Shown piece after piece: positions 1 to 11,943 of a stretch of 32,179 nt of DNA (position 1 is its first letter; each line of letters starts with the position of its first letter). This stretch comes from Chrysochromulina tobinii (taxonomy: Eukaryota), in the NCBI GenBank assembly GCA_001275005.1, contig JWZX01002060.1, forward strand, positions 1 to 32,179. Direction: 5' to 3'. The notes below the pieces were generated by a model. That model saw nothing but the letters and a program-made list of their open reading frames with translations. It was not told the origin of the DNA and ran no database searches. Both the position numbers and the translations under genes were made by a program.

Positions 1-1623
1 CGGGTGGGTGGGGTGGTGGGGGGGGTGGCGGCGATTCCGGGGCGGCGTCTGCTTTGGGTGGCGGCGGCGCGAAGGCGGCGTCAGCGGCCTCGATGGCGGC
101 GATCGCGGCCGCGGTCGCCTCGCGCGCGCGCTGCCCGAACGTGTCGAGCAGTTTCGTCACGAGTCGCTCGCAGAGCACCTCGGAACGCATCCGGAGCAGC
201 GCCTCGTTCTTCTGCCTCTCGGCCGCACAGAGCGCGACGAGCTTGGCTTGCGCCTCAGCGGCGGCTGGCCCGTCGCCCATCGCGATGCTCTTGAAGCGGC
301 GCAGCGCACTCTCCAGAAGGCGTGCATGCTCCTCGTGCCAGTGCAAGCTATCCACATCGAGCGGCGCGTCCGTGTCGGCGGGAGCGAACGCGCCGACTCC
401 CTCGATATATACTCTCGCCCCCTCCTCCAAGGCGCGGTTGCACTCGGCCACGATGACCGCCGTGAACGCGTTCGAGATGTTGGGCAGCGCGCCCTCGTTG
501 ATTGCATCGCAGTACATGCCCGCCAGCTGCAGCAATGGGGCCGACCGGTACGCGCCTCATTCGCACAATTCATTTCGCACTCATTAGCACTCATTCGCAC
601 TCATTCGCACAGCAATGGGGGCCGACCGGTACGCGCCGCGGTGAGAGTGCACTCAAGGGCACTCGAGGGCACTCATTCGTACAACTCAAGGGCACTCAAG
701 GCAAGAGAGCACACCTGCAGCAGCGTCCGGCCGGTAAGCGCCGGCCCGCCCACGCCGAGCGTTTTGGACCGCGCCCCTCCGAAGAGCCGCGTCTTGAGCA
801 GGTTCACGCCGGAGACGAAGTCGGCGTTGAGCGCGCTAAGCGGCGTCTTGTCGAGCTCCCGGAGTGCCGAGGGAGGCAGCCCTGTCCCGAGCGTTGGGTG
901 CGGGAGCGCGATGCATGCACGCTCCTTAAAGAGGGATCGGATCGCCTCCCGGGTCGCATTCTGCTCCTGGATGGCGGCGGAGGTGCCCTTGGAAGGGTGG
1001 AGGCACTCCTCGAGGTACGCATCCGTCGACTGCGCGGCGCCGTGCACATCGACCAACTCGAGACTGAAGTCGCGCAGCAGCCACGTGAACTTGGGGAAGA
1101 ATGGCGCAAGCCTGTCCGCGCCGCCGCCATCATTGCCGTCCTCAGTGCGCACGACGATGCGCTGGGTGAGCTGCGCGACGAGCGAGAGCTGGTCGATGGC
1201 CGCATTGTTGATGGCCTCCTTGGAGTTGTACACGAACGCGGACGCGAGCAGGATCGCGAGGGAGAAGATCTTGGCGTCATGCCCCTCAGTCTGGTCGATC
1301 GACTGCAGGCCCTCGGTGTCGAGCAGGAGCAGCTCCTGGGGAGCGCCCGGGCCGCTCGCGTCGTTCGGCCCGAGGCGCAGCGGCTCGCCCCAGATCCAGA
1401 TGCCCTTGGTCTTCGCCTGCACGCTGTTGCCTACGCCGAATCCCGTGCCCGTGGTGCCTGCCAGTTGATTGAGGATGAAGCTCTTGCCCGTGCGGTAGAT
1501 GCCTGCGACGGCGACGACGCCAACGGTGGTCTCTACCTGATTGAGGTATGCGCGCGCCTCGTCGGTGATGACCAGCAGACTCGAGACCGGATCCACTTGA
1601 ATGAAGGGCACCGGGGCGGCCAT
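1..1623 (-). CDS. Guanylate-binding protein (GBP/atlastin-family large GTPase), 3'-partial; exons 1623-715 and 526-<1
   Basis: ATG at 1623. G1 VAVAGIYRTGKSFILNQL (GBP Arg retained), G2 TKGIWIW, G3 LLDTEG, DAKIFSLAILLAS, G4 FTWLLRDF. After a GT-AG intron (714-527) the frame continues LAGMYCDAINEGALPNISNAF, matching the GBP helical-domain YxxAINxGxxP motif, and stays open to the window edge. Confidence 0.93.
527..714 (-). other. Spliceosomal intron of the GBP gene, filled with ~10-bp repeats (CACTCATTCG / CACTCAAGGG on +)
   Basis: CAG|GTGTGC donor and TTGCTGCAG| acceptor on the minus strand. Removal restores the GBP frame in phase 0. Confidence 0.88.
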
Positions 1624-1860
1624 TGAGGTGTGCACGCGCGCCGCAGAGGGGCCTCCGAGACGTTTCGAAGCTGTGAACGAGCTGAGCGACGCTGTGAACA
1701 TAAGGGTGCTGACGAGAGTGGTGTGGACTGTGTACAGTAGTGTTTGCCCAGAGCCTTTCCTGTGCCCCCGCGCCCCGACTCTCGTGTGTGCCGAGCGACA
1801 CAAGCTGCCGGAGGACGCCACTCTCCGTTCTCGACCCGTGCGCGGTCGGTTACGCGAAAC
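1624..1860. promoter_or_regulatory. Probable bidirectional promoter between GBP and NPRL3
   Basis: 237 bp between divergent ATGs (1623 on -, 1861 on +). No specific motif identified. Confidence 0.5.
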
Positions 1861-3730
1861 ATGGACGGCGTGCGCCTCACGACGCCGACCATCTTGCAGA
1901 ACGTTCAAAACTACTCGTGGGGCTTTGGAGGCAGCCAGAGTCCGACACTGCCCGCCGAGGCCGCGCCTTCCTCCGTGCTCCTCGTCGTGGCTCAGGGCGG
2001 CCACCGCATCGCCTACCACCACCCCAACACGGGCGAGGCACTACCGGCGCCGCTAGCACGCGTGCCTGGCTTCGATCCCATCGTGCTCGCCGATCTGCTC
2101 ATGACCAAGGCGGGCCGATACGAGCAGCTGCTCGACCTGACGGTCGGCGACTGCCGCCTGATCGGCTGGCCCGTCGCGCTGACCCTCGAGCCGTTCATGC
2201 GCGCGAGCGCTCCTGCGAGCGGCAAGGGTGCACCGCTCAGCGCGCTCAATGTCGTCTTCACGCTGGCGGCGGCGGCCGCGCCGAGCGACGAGGCCCGATA
2301 CGAGCGCGTGGTGGCCGCCTGCAAGAGCGCGACTGAGCAGCTCGCGCTTGCGTTGCAGCGCGAGGAGGCATGCGGCGGCTTTGTGAGCCGGCACGTCTTT
2401 GGCGTCGAGGAGGCGGCACACGCGGGTGTGGGCGCCGTTGCGGGCGCCGATACGAGCGCACGGAGCACGATCGACGAAACTTGTATCTCAACTTGTATCT
2501 CGATGGGCAGCGGCTCGTGCGCGAGTGCGAGCGCGAACCTCACCGCTTTGGAAGGGGGCAGTGTCACGAGCGGGGGCGCGAGCGAGGCGCGTGGGCACGC
2601 GCCAGCCGCGCGCGCCCCGCTGCCATCTGGCTCTATCCCAGGCGTGCTCGAGACGGCGCTGCTCAGGACGGCGCTGCTCAGGACGGCGCTGCCATCTGGC
2701 TCTATCCCAGGCGTGCTCGAGGCAGCCTTCTATGCACTTCGAGAGGGACGACCCGTCACGTTACGTGTAGGCACGCGCGCCGAGGTCGCCGTGTGCACGC
2801 CGCCGCTGCCGACGCCGCGGCCGCGCCTCGCCGCGGCCCCGGGCGCCATGCCGCCGCCGCCAGCGCTCCGTCCGTATCTGACTCTCCTCCTTCTCGAAGG
2901 TGTGATCTCCCTTGATCTCCCTTGATTGGCCTGGATTGGCCAGGTGTAATCTCCTTTGATTGGCCTGGATTGGCCTGGACTGGCCAGGTGTGATCTCCTT
3001 TGATTGGCCTGGATTGGCCTCTGACCGTCCGTATCCTCCCCTCGCCCTTCTCGTAGAGCCCGAGGAGATCATTCAACAGCTGCCCGCCGATGCGTCTCCG
3101 TTACTCGTGCGTCTTGTGCACTGCGCCAACCCTCTTCGTTCGCTCGAGCAGCTCGCGGACGAGACGGGCATCGAGATGGGCGTGCTGTTTGGCATGGTGC
3201 AGCACCTTGAGGTGTGGGGCAAGGTGCGCTTGATCCACACGCTCACGCACGAGAGCGTTCTCTGCATCCACCCGAACGCGCCGCTCCGTCCACCGGCCGA
3301 TCTTGGGCGATTCGGTTCGGAGTTCGGATCGGAACCCGGCTACGCGGCTCTGCTCGCCCTCTTCACACATGGGCAGCGCTTCGGAGCGGTGCTACGGGCG
3401 GCGGAGGACTTGCAGGTGCCCAAGCGCCGTCTCGTGCAGATGACGCTCTACCTCTTGCAGCAGGACGCGCTTCGCGAGCTCCACACGTACGTGCACTGCG
3501 TTGGCGAGCCTTCCCCTCCCGACGAAGCCGATCGCTCCGCAGCCGGGGAGGCGGCGCGCGCGCGCTGGCGCCTCTTCCGGAGGCTCCGCCCGATGTTCCA
3601 CGGAGAGCACCACCTAGAGGAGATCATGTGGCAGGAGCGGCTGAGCCGCGACGTACTCATGGACCTGCTTCAGGCGTACGAGGAGCTTTTGGTGTGCGTC
3701 GTCACGCACCTGGATGTGACGGCACTGTGA
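1861..3730 (+). CDS. NPRL3: GATOR1 complex subunit NPRL3/Npr3; exons 1861-2899 and 3057-3730
   Basis: FDPIVLADLLMTK...LTVGDCRLIGWP, LNVVFTL, LALALQREE, LRPYLTLLLL, LPADASPLLVRL, HLEVWGKVRLI and FHGEHHLEEIMWQE match NPRL3 blocks in order. A phase-1 GT-AG intron (2900-3056) joins ORFs 1744..2925 and 2960..3730. Confidence 0.93.
2900..3056 (+). other. NPRL3 intron containing GATTGGCCTG 10-bp repeats and repeated GGTGTGATCTCC
   Basis: GAAG|GTGTGA donor and TTCTCGTAG| acceptor; splicing gives LLLLE-E-PEEII. Confidence 0.88.
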
Positions 3731-3995
3731 TCGCATTCAGCTGTACCACCGTAGGATACCCGCTGTGTGGGTGCGGTGTCTTGTGGACTTGTGGCGCAGG
3801 CATGGGCGCAGGGCACAAACGTCGCTTTTTTCGCGGCTTTCTCGCTCGTGGCGGAACACGAGGACCTCCGTCAACCGGAGAACATGCTAACAAAACCTCG
3901 AGCGACTCGGAAGACACGAGTCGAACGGAACTGAATAACAGGCAAAAAACTGCTGCCTCCGGTCCACCTAATTTGGGCATCTGTTTGAGGACGCG

Positions 3996-5787
3996 CTATT
4001 GAGAGCGCGCTCTCGGCGGCTCTTGCGCTCTCAACGCGAACAGTGACACGCAGCCGCAGCACAATGCGCTCGTCGTCACGATGGCAGCGCCGCAACTTGT
4101 CACATCCGCCTGCGCGCGAGAGCAGGGGCCACACTTGTAGATCGAGGAGCGCACGCGTTGGGGCAGAGGGCACAGGCGCGCTTGCGAGGCACCCAGGGAA
4201 GGGCAGTCACAGCAAGCGCTCGTAGCATGCTTTAGAACGCGAGCGTTTGAGCGCCATGTCGAGCGCACCAGGATGCCTAAGGCTATCGGCGCCATCAGTG
4301 AGCCAATGTCGCCTGAGGTGCGCGAGACGGCGTTCGCCTGGCCGCGCTGCGTGCGTGGGAGTACCTGATGAGGGAGGCAATCACACGATGAGGGAGGCAA
4401 TCACACGATGAGGGAGGCAATCACACGATGAGGGAGGCAATCACACGATGAGGGAGGCAATCACACGATGAGGTGGGAGTACCTCCGCTGTGAATGCCCC
4501 GAGTGCCGGCCCAATGACGGCTGATGAGAGGCTCGACAGCAGTAGGAGCGCGTAGAAGGCCTCGCGCGTATCGACGAACGCAAGGCACGCGAAGCTAATA
4601 TGAGAGAGCACGAGGCCTGGGATGATGAGGGCTTTTCGACCGGTACGTGCAGCGAGCCAACTGCCGAGCGGCATCCCCGCCTGCATGCAATGAGGGAGGC
4701 CATCAGAATGCAATCAGAGGCAATCAGAGGGATGTGCTCCGGCGAGGCCCACCACGGCGCTGATCCCCGTGAGCGAGAACATCGCCCCTAAGTCGGCTGG
4801 GCTCGCGCCCCAAGCCTCACGGGCGTGAAGCGTCAACACCACCATGAAGCACCCTTGGCCCAGGGAGGCGGAGGCGGCGAGGGCCGAGAGCGCTTGTACA
4901 TTGCTCGAGCGCAGCAACGGTAGCATCGCAGCAATTGCGCGCTGTACCGGTAGCGTGCGTTCGCTCAGCAAGGGCGAAGGGGCAGTGCCGCCGCCGCCGC
5001 CACCCACACCACCGTCGCTGCTGCCGGCACCGGGGCGCTGCTGCCGTAGCTGCAGCGTCTCGGGAAGCTGTGCGTAGCCGAGGGAGCATAGTCCAATGCC
5101 CACTCCCGCCAGGTAAAAGTTGTTACGAACCCCGTAGGCTTCCGCTAGGACACCACCGAGCATCGGTCCGGCCACCCAAACGCCGGAGAGCACGAAGCTC
5201 TGGAAGGCCATGAGCTGCGCACGGTGCTGTGGCGCACGGTCCGTCAGGTCCTGCATCATCGCCGACGAGCCCGACATTGAGCTGGCCGAGCCCGCGCCGA
5301 TGAGCAGCCGCATGCCGAGCACCGCGGGCAGACCGCTTGTCATCACAAGCCCGGTGCCGAACTGGCCCGCGGCGGTGATGAGCGTGCCCCAGCGCATCAA
5401 GGGCTTCCGACCCACCGTGTCCGCCAAGCGGCCGAGCGGCAGATTCACGGCGAGCCTGGCAAAGGCCGGAGCAGAGATGAGCAAGCCAGTGCCCGCAGCT
5501 CCGAGGCCCATCTCCGTCGCCAGCAGCGGGAACACAGGGACCACCTGCGCGACGCCAATGTTTAGCATCATTTGCGAGCCAACGAGGATGCCCACATCCC
5601 GACGGAGCGCCACGTCCTCCCATATCGAGCCTGACGAAGAGGCTGATTTCGAGCCTTCATCGGCCTGCGGCGGCGGCTGCCCAGACATGCTCCGGAGCCC
5701 GACGCGCACCGGAGAAAGATGCTGATTCGATCGACGGCAGCAGCGGCTCGAGGCCTTAAGGTGCGAGGAGCCCCGTCGCGCGAGCAT
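3996..5787 (-). CDS. Major facilitator superfamily transporter; exons 5787-4738, 4680-4483, 4364-4269, 4109-3996
   Basis: MFS motif A GRLADTVGRKP, second-half GSWLAARTGRK, GPMLGGVLAE and multiple hydrophobic helices. Three phase-0 introns (one GC-AG) give a continuous frame ending at TAG 3996. The start could be 5787 or 5688. Confidence 0.88.
4365..4482 (-). repeat. MFS intron made of ~5 copies of a 20-bp unit (GATGAGGGAGGCAATCACAC on +)
   Basis: Perfect tandem units at about 4367-4472, bounded by GAG|GTACTC and CATCAG|GTACTC on the minus strand. Confidence 0.9.
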
Positions 5788-6017
5788 GTGACGAGTCGGT
5801 TGTGCGCGCGGTCGGCACGCTTCGGACGTCTGTGCGGTCTCGTTCTCCGCGGAGGTGCGGGAGACGCGCGATCTCTCGTTTAGAACTTGAGGCTAACGTG
5901 AGGCTCAATGTACGGTACGACTCGCGAGGCTTCCTTTACTGCAGGGATCTGGATTTGGATGAAGTCCTGTTTCAGCCGTTTCAGCATTCCGCAGGGCTGT
6001 AACGGACTTTTTTCATC

Positions 6018-8990
6018 ATGTTCGCCGAGTTGCAGGAGCGCCTGGCCTCTCGCCGCTCATCCGCACAGACAGAAGGCTCCGAGGAGGCCGAGAACGCTGC
6101 AGCGACCTCAGCGGCGTGCTCTCCGACGAGCTCTCCGCGGGCGCGGCCGCAACCGCTACCAGCCTCCCGCATCAAATGGCTCGAATCGGCCTTGAGCTTG
6201 CCGTCCACCGCGGCTCTAGCGCCGCCGCCACCGAAGGCACCGACGCCGTCAGCAGCTCCCGCGGCAGTGCAACCACTGCCAACGGGCCTGCGCCGAACGG
6301 CATCCGCTGCGGATGTCCACCGTGCAGCACTGATTGATGATCATTCTGTACCTCCCAAAGCTGCGGAGTTCTCTGGTTCCAAGAAGGCCGAAGAGGCTGC
6401 AGCCCTTCGCCGATCCGCGTCTGCCAAGGAGTTTGATCGACGGTTCAATAGCAGCCATGCGGCCGATGATTCGAGCCATTCAAGCGGCCCTGCCGCGGCG
6501 TTGGCCGCACCATCACCGCTGCCCAAGTCTCGGATTCAATGGCTCGATTCGGTCTGGAACTCGCCTTCAGCGACGCCGCTGCCACCAAAGGTACCGAGGC
6601 CGTCGGCGGCGGCAGCAGCGCCGCCTCTGCCCCAGGCCCTACGCCGAACGGCGTCTGCAGAGGAGTATGATCTCCACGCAGCCAAGGTGGCTGGGGCCGT
6701 ACGTCGCCAAGCTGCCGGGATGCACGAGTTGCGTGGTGTAGAGGAGGCTGAGAAGGCTGCAGCCCTTCGTCGATCCGCGTCCGCCAAGGAGTTTGATGTC
6801 CACGCAGCTGTGGTGGCGGGCTCCACCCGTCGCAAGGCAGCCGAGCTCGCGCTCGTACGCTCCCAGCGCGAGCAGGAGATGGCGCGTGGACCTCAACCCG
6901 TGGCTGCGCTTCGGATTGCCGACGAAGGGTTGCGAAGCGCAGCCACCTTCACGACGGGGCTGCGAGCGCTACGCCCAGTGACGCAGCGGCCGCCTTCGCC
7001 GTCGAAGCCAGACCCGCACCATTCCCCGCTCTCCATCACAGCTCTCCATTCACAGCTCTCCATCACGGACTCGATGGGGGGCGCCTCTTGGTCCAAGCCA
7101 GCCGCCGCGGCATTCACAGCTGCCGCGGCATTCACGGACTTTCTCGCGGCCTCCGATGCACTCAGCGTACTCTCCACGTACGAGGCGCTCCTCGCTTGCC
7201 TCGGGCTCGAGCATGCACCGTCGCTTCACAAGCTCTCTTCACAGCTGTCACAGCCGGGACTGCCGCACCGTGCGAAGCAGCTCCTCGGCTGCCTCGAGAG
7301 CCGCGGCGCCGCTCCGCAGTATCGGTGCGGCCTCAAGCTGAGCCATCAGCGAGGCATGCGGAGCACCGTGCACGCCGTCGTGATCGGGGCCGGCCCTGTC
7401 GGCTTGCGCTGCGCCATAGAGCTCGCCTTCGTGGGGGCACGGGTGGAGGTGCGAGAGGCGCGCTCGCACTTCTCGCGGCTTCAGGTACTCCATTTATGGG
7501 AGTGGGTCGAAGCCGATCTGATTGAGCTCGGCATAAAGCACATCGATCCGTCCATCTTTGCAACGGCCGATCTGCGGCGCTGCTCGACTGCGCAGGTGAG
7601 TGCCGTGGATCGGCTTTTGATGGCAGTTGATTGCTCCGTGTCGACAAGAGGAGCCCAGACACATCTGATTGGCTTTTGATGGCAGTTGATTGCTCCGTGT
7701 CGACAAGAGGAGCCCAGACTCATCTGAGTGGCAGCGGTCCACGTACTGACGCATTCTTGTCGCTCGAGCGCGCAGCTCCAGCACTCGCTGCTCAAGGTGG
7801 CACTCCTTCTTGGCGTGCGCGTGCGCCTCGGCTGCGACGTGGACGCGCTCAATACGGCGCTCAAATCTCCGGCGCAGCTCGATGCACTCGATACGGCTCT
7901 GCCCGACCAGCGACGACTGGCAGCCTTCAGCTCGAAGGGTGCGGACTGGAGGCTCGATGTGCTGGTCGACGCCTCGGGCGGGCGCTGTTCGATCTTTGAG
8001 CAACTTGGGTTCGCGCAGACGGTGGCGCTGCGCTCGGCGCGCGCGATTGGGATCGTCATCAGCCTCGTCAACCGCAAATCTCCCGCCGAGCTCGAGCTGC
8101 GCGAGAGCACGTGGTCCGCCCAGTACTTCCAGCACGAGTTTCGTCAGCTCGAGCTCACGGCCGGCGTCGTGCTCGAGAACCTCGTCTACTACCGCAGCTC
8201 GGGCGCCTTTGCCGACGCGGCCACCCACTACTTCGTGATGACGACCTCGCAGGACGCATTGCAGGGGTTCGGCGCGCTGCGCGACCCGCGCGTGACCGAG
8301 GTCGCGAGCGCGTGCGCCCCCGCCAACGTGGACGCTCAACGGCTCGAGGCCTATGCCCGTGCGGCGATCGTGGCCTTCGTGCCCGCCCTCGGAGAGCAGC
8401 CGCTCGTCCCCGGACAGCTGAGCGTCTTTGACTTCTCTTCGCGACGGCAGTCGAGCCAAGCGGCGGCGGTGGTGCCCGGCGCCGTGCTGGGCGGGCGTCA
8501 AGAGACCTGCTGCCTTGTGACGCGCGTGGGCGACGCGCTGCAGGAGCCGTTTTGGCCCGAGGGCCTCGGCATCAACCGCGGCTTCTTCCACGTCCTCGAC
8601 TGCGCTGACATGGTGCAGCAGGCGGCGCCGTTGCTCTTCCCGGCGCACGGGCAGCCGCCCACGACGACGGAAGCCTTTACCGGTATCCTTCGGAGGCGCG
8701 AAGAGCTCTATGGGCTCACCAAACGCCTCTCCGGCACCAACCGGCTGCAGGAGCTCAAGCCGCACCACGACGGCGCGCGCCGCTTCTGCTATGGCCTGGA
8801 TCCCGCCACGAGGTATGCGGCTTGGGTGGATGCTGTGCCTGCCACGTGTCCATACGTGCCTGCGACGCCCGTCACGACGCCCTCCCTCGCACTCGGTGCC
8901 CCCTCACTGGTGCGTACGTCGTCGAGCCGCCCGCGCATGGCTTTCCACGTGGGCTGCCACAGCATACATGGCGCTATGGTCAGGGTGTGA
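6018..8990 (+). CDS. MICAL-type FAD-dependent monooxygenase with a long low-complexity N-terminus; exons 6018-7595 and 7776-8990
   Basis: VVIGAGPVGLRCAIELAFVGARV, FSRLQVLHLW, QLQHSLLKVALLLGV (spans the splice junction), LENLVYY, THYFVMT and VGDALQEPFWPEGLGINRGF match the MICAL monooxygenase domain. No CH or LIM domain is visible. Phase-0 GT-AG intron at 7596-7775. Confidence 0.88.
7608..7725 (+). repeat. ~59-bp tandem duplication inside the MICAL-like intron
   Basis: GAT(C/T)GGCTTTTGATGGCAGTTGATTGCTCCGTGTCGACAAGAGGAGCCCAGAC(A/T)CATCT occurs twice. Confidence 0.9.
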
Positions 8991-9231
8991 GGCCGATGCT
9001 GCCTCTTGACGAGCGCGGGCGCAGGGAGGGGTACTCCCCAGGGTCATCCTCACTCACAGCGGAGAATCCCACCTAGGGTAGTTCGTTTAGAGAACCTTTC
9101 GACGTTTCGAGCATTGCCGTGTGCATGCGACGCGTGATACCCCAAACTTGCGACGAAACGCGCGATGCGCCGTCGATGCACGCCGTCGAGAACCCTCTGA
9201 CGGGCAACATTGAGGCATCACGATTCATTCG

Positions 9232-11250
9232 ATGATCATGAGCCGCAACGAGGCCATGCTGCGCGACGTCCACGTGATGCTGCTTCGCCTCGTGTGCTGC
9301 GATGCGCATGCGCTCACCCTTCCGTCCTCTTCGAAGATGGCGCTGAAAGAACCGATGGAGCACCTCACAACGTCAACGACGGCTGAACGAGAGGACGTAG
9401 AAAAAGCCGTGCGCGCTGCGGTGGACGCGTTGTGGTTCGAACTTGACGAGGACGAGATGCCGTTCAGCCCCCCGAAGCTCGTACCGCTGCTCTCGGCGAT
9501 CTTCGAGAAGTATGATGATCAGGACGATGAGATGCCACCGAAGACGCAGCGGTGCGGGCGCCTCCGGGAGCGGTTTGGGAGGCGTGGTGCTGCTGCACTG
9601 GAACGGGCTAAGGAGGCATATACGGCTGCGGCGGCAGAGAGGGCGGCTGCGGCGGTGAAGGCGGCGGAGGAGGCGGCGGAGAAGGCGGCGGCGGCGGAGG
9701 AGGCGGCGGAGAAGGCGGCGGCGGCGGTGAAGGCGGCGGAGAAGGTGGCGGAGAAGGCGGCGCAGGAGGCGGCGGAGAAGGCGGCGGAGGACGCTGCGGC
9801 CGTCGACGCGCAGCGTGCTGACGAGCTTCGTGAGCGTTACAGTCGGATGAGCGTCGAGGAGCTATGCTCGGCGCTGCGCACGCTTGGCCTCACGAGCGAC
9901 GGCACCAAGCCCGTGCTCATCGGGCGCCTGATCGAGATGGCGGGCGCGGCGGCGACTGAACCGGCGGCGGCGACCGAGCTGGATGCAGCCGAGGCGGTGG
10001 CGACAGAGAAGGCGGCACCCCTTTATGAAGACTTCATGCCCATCTATGAAGACGAGGAGGCGTTGGTGTCACCTCTCCCACGCAAGCCCATGGACCTCAT
10101 CGAGGAGCTCTTCTCATTCTTCGCACCGCTCGCTGCGAAGATGGCAGAAATGACCTCGACGCTCCTGGCTGCTCAGATGACCGGAATGACTACAGGAAGG
10201 AGTTCTACGTCAGACGAGCAGTCGACGCCAAGCGCAGCCGGTGCGGAATGCGCCGGCGACACCGCCAGCCCCAGCAGTGAGCACCAGAGCTCGACCGTCG
10301 CAGCACAGTGCACAGTGCTCCTGGGTGGGTGGGTCGAGCTCTCTCTGCAGACGGTTGCTAGCCGGCCGTGCCATCATTCGCGCCGAGCGGAGGCGCTTGC
10401 ATTCCCAAAGGTGCCGGAGACACCCGACTTTGCGAGCATCATGCTGGGTCCGATCGTCAGCGGCAAGGAGACCTTCGACGCGTGTAGAATGCTCTTTGAT
10501 GCTCCTCGGATCGGACCTCGGATCGGAACCTTGCAACCGAAGAAGATCACGGATTGGGGACCATCGCCAGCGCCATCCGATGGCATGCTCCGTCAGGATG
10601 ACATTGCATGCATGCTCCGTCAGGATGACATTGCATGCATGCTCCGTCAGGATGACATTGCCACGCAGCAGGCGAGGGAATTTGAGGTTTCGGGAGAGCC
10701 AAGCGGAGAGCCCGCAATGCCCGAGCAGGCTGAGGCCACAGAGCAGACGTATGAGCTCGAGGTGCCGCCGAACGTGAGGCCTGGAATGAAGCTCAAGCTT
10801 TCCCTCCCGGAAAGGGTCCAAAAGGTGGTCATTACGGTGCCTGCGGGCGCGGCACCCGGGCGCATTCTCTCCGTCTCGATGCTCTCCAGCAAGGAAGAGG
10901 CCCAGGTCAAGTTGCACGACAACGGTGGCGACGGGCTCGGGGATCAGGCTGCGGCTGTATCGGCTGCGCTCCCAGCGGTGGTTGCACCAGGGTCACCAGA
11001 GGGGACCAAATCCACACGCCACAACAAGTGGCACGGGCAGCGGCGGGAATGCACCGCCTCGGGCGGCTTGAGGAAGTTGTATCGCCGAGTGTCCCCGGGG
11101 GACATCTTACATATCCCACGGCATATGCGGCCCGATGACCGGGACTTGCGTGTGGACGCTTCCTCGGCCGAAGAGCGCGCAACACGTCTGGCGCGGGCGC
11201 GGGCCCACAAGCGGGCGCGCCCTTATCTGGACACTGGAGTGTCAGACTGA
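9232..11250 (+). CDS. SAP-domain protein with an Ala/Glu/Lys coiled-coil repeat and a VPxxxxPG beta-module (start may be ATG 9337)
   Basis: 672-aa ORF. SAP motif YSRMSVEELCSALRTLGLTSDGTKPVLIGRLIE; AAEEAAEKAA repeats; LEVPPNVRPGMKLKL...ITVPAGAAPGRILSV; MLRQDDIAC x3. Confidence 0.7.
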   Translation: MIMSRNEAMLRDVHVMLLRLVCCDAHALTLPSSSKMALKEPMEHLTTSTTAEREDVEKAVRAAVDALWFELDEDEMPFSPPKLVPLLSAIFEKYDDQDDEMPPKTQRCGRLRERFGRRGAAALERAKEAYTAAAAERAAAAVKAAEEAAEKAAAAEEAAEKAAAAVKAAEKVAEKAAQEAAEKAAEDAAAVDAQRADELRERYSRMSVEELCSALRTLGLTSDGTKPVLIGRLIEMAGAAATEPAAATELDAAEAVATEKAAPLYEDFMPIYEDEEALVSPLPRKPMDLIEELFSFFAPLAAKMAEMTSTLLAAQMTGMTTGRSSTSDEQSTPSAAGAECAGDTASPSSEHQSSTVAAQCTVLLGGWVELSLQTVASRPCHHSRRAEALAFPKVPETPDFASIMLGPIVSGKETFDACRMLFDAPRIGPRIGTLQPKKITDWGPSPAPSDGMLRQDDIACMLRQDDIACMLRQDDIATQQAREFEVSGEPSGEPAMPEQAEATEQTYELEVPPNVRPGMKLKLSLPERVQKVVITVPAGAAPGRILSVSMLSSKEEAQVKLHDNGGDGLGDQAAAVSAALPAVVAPGSPEGTKSTRHNKWHGQRRECTASGGLRKLYRRVSPGDILHIPRHMRPDDRDLRVDASSAEERATRLARARAHKRARPYLDTGVSD

Positions 11251-11943
11251 GATGCAGATGCAGGCGAACAGTAGACACCTGGTTTCGGGGCGCAGACGAG
11301 TGCGGTGCGCGAATGGTACTTATAGTATGATTAAGGATCAGCTTTTTTACGTTGTTCCTGCATGCAAATATTTCAAGAATTGAAAGGTTCGCCGTAATGA
11401 GGTTGCGTAGTTTTGCTTGTGTTCCACTCCCTCGTCGTACCTCGAAAGCGCTAGCAGTCTTGCACCTCTCTCCTGACTCTCTCCGGTTCCTTCCCTATCA
11501 ACTCGCGCCGACTAGCGCCGTCCTGTGCGCTGCGGCTGCTTTATGCCACGGGAATAGCGGGCCGTGACCAGCGAGCGGCACGTTCACACACCTCGGATCG
11601 CGGCGCCGCTCCTCACGGCGCGCTCCATGCTGCTCACACTAAGCGCTCGCACTACACACACGTCAGAGCTCTCATCACTAAGAGGGTATGACCTAGGTAG
11701 GACCTCCACACGGTGTATTCTGTACACACTGTAGCAGGTCCCAGGAGTGGGCGGCGGCGCTCCACGCTGCTCACAATTACCCCCGTAGCCCGCCTCTGCT
11801 GCCATGCTCCTCCTGTCCCTAAGTCCGTCCCTCCCCTCCAACTTCCCTCCCCCCAACCGCCAGCAGCGCGGGCGCCGTCGCCCCGCACCACTAGCACTAC
11901 CTCGTCGTCCTCGAGGTCCGCGACCATGTAGTGCTCGCCTCTA

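Noticed and set aside
8..1626. Plus-strand ORFs of 486 and 374 aa
   Set aside because: Antisense to the well-supported GBP gene; typical of high-GC DNA.
4367..4472. 20-bp direct repeats (and other satellites) as a CRISPR array
   Set aside because: Units are contiguous with no unique spacers, lie inside spliceosomal introns, and no cas genes are present.
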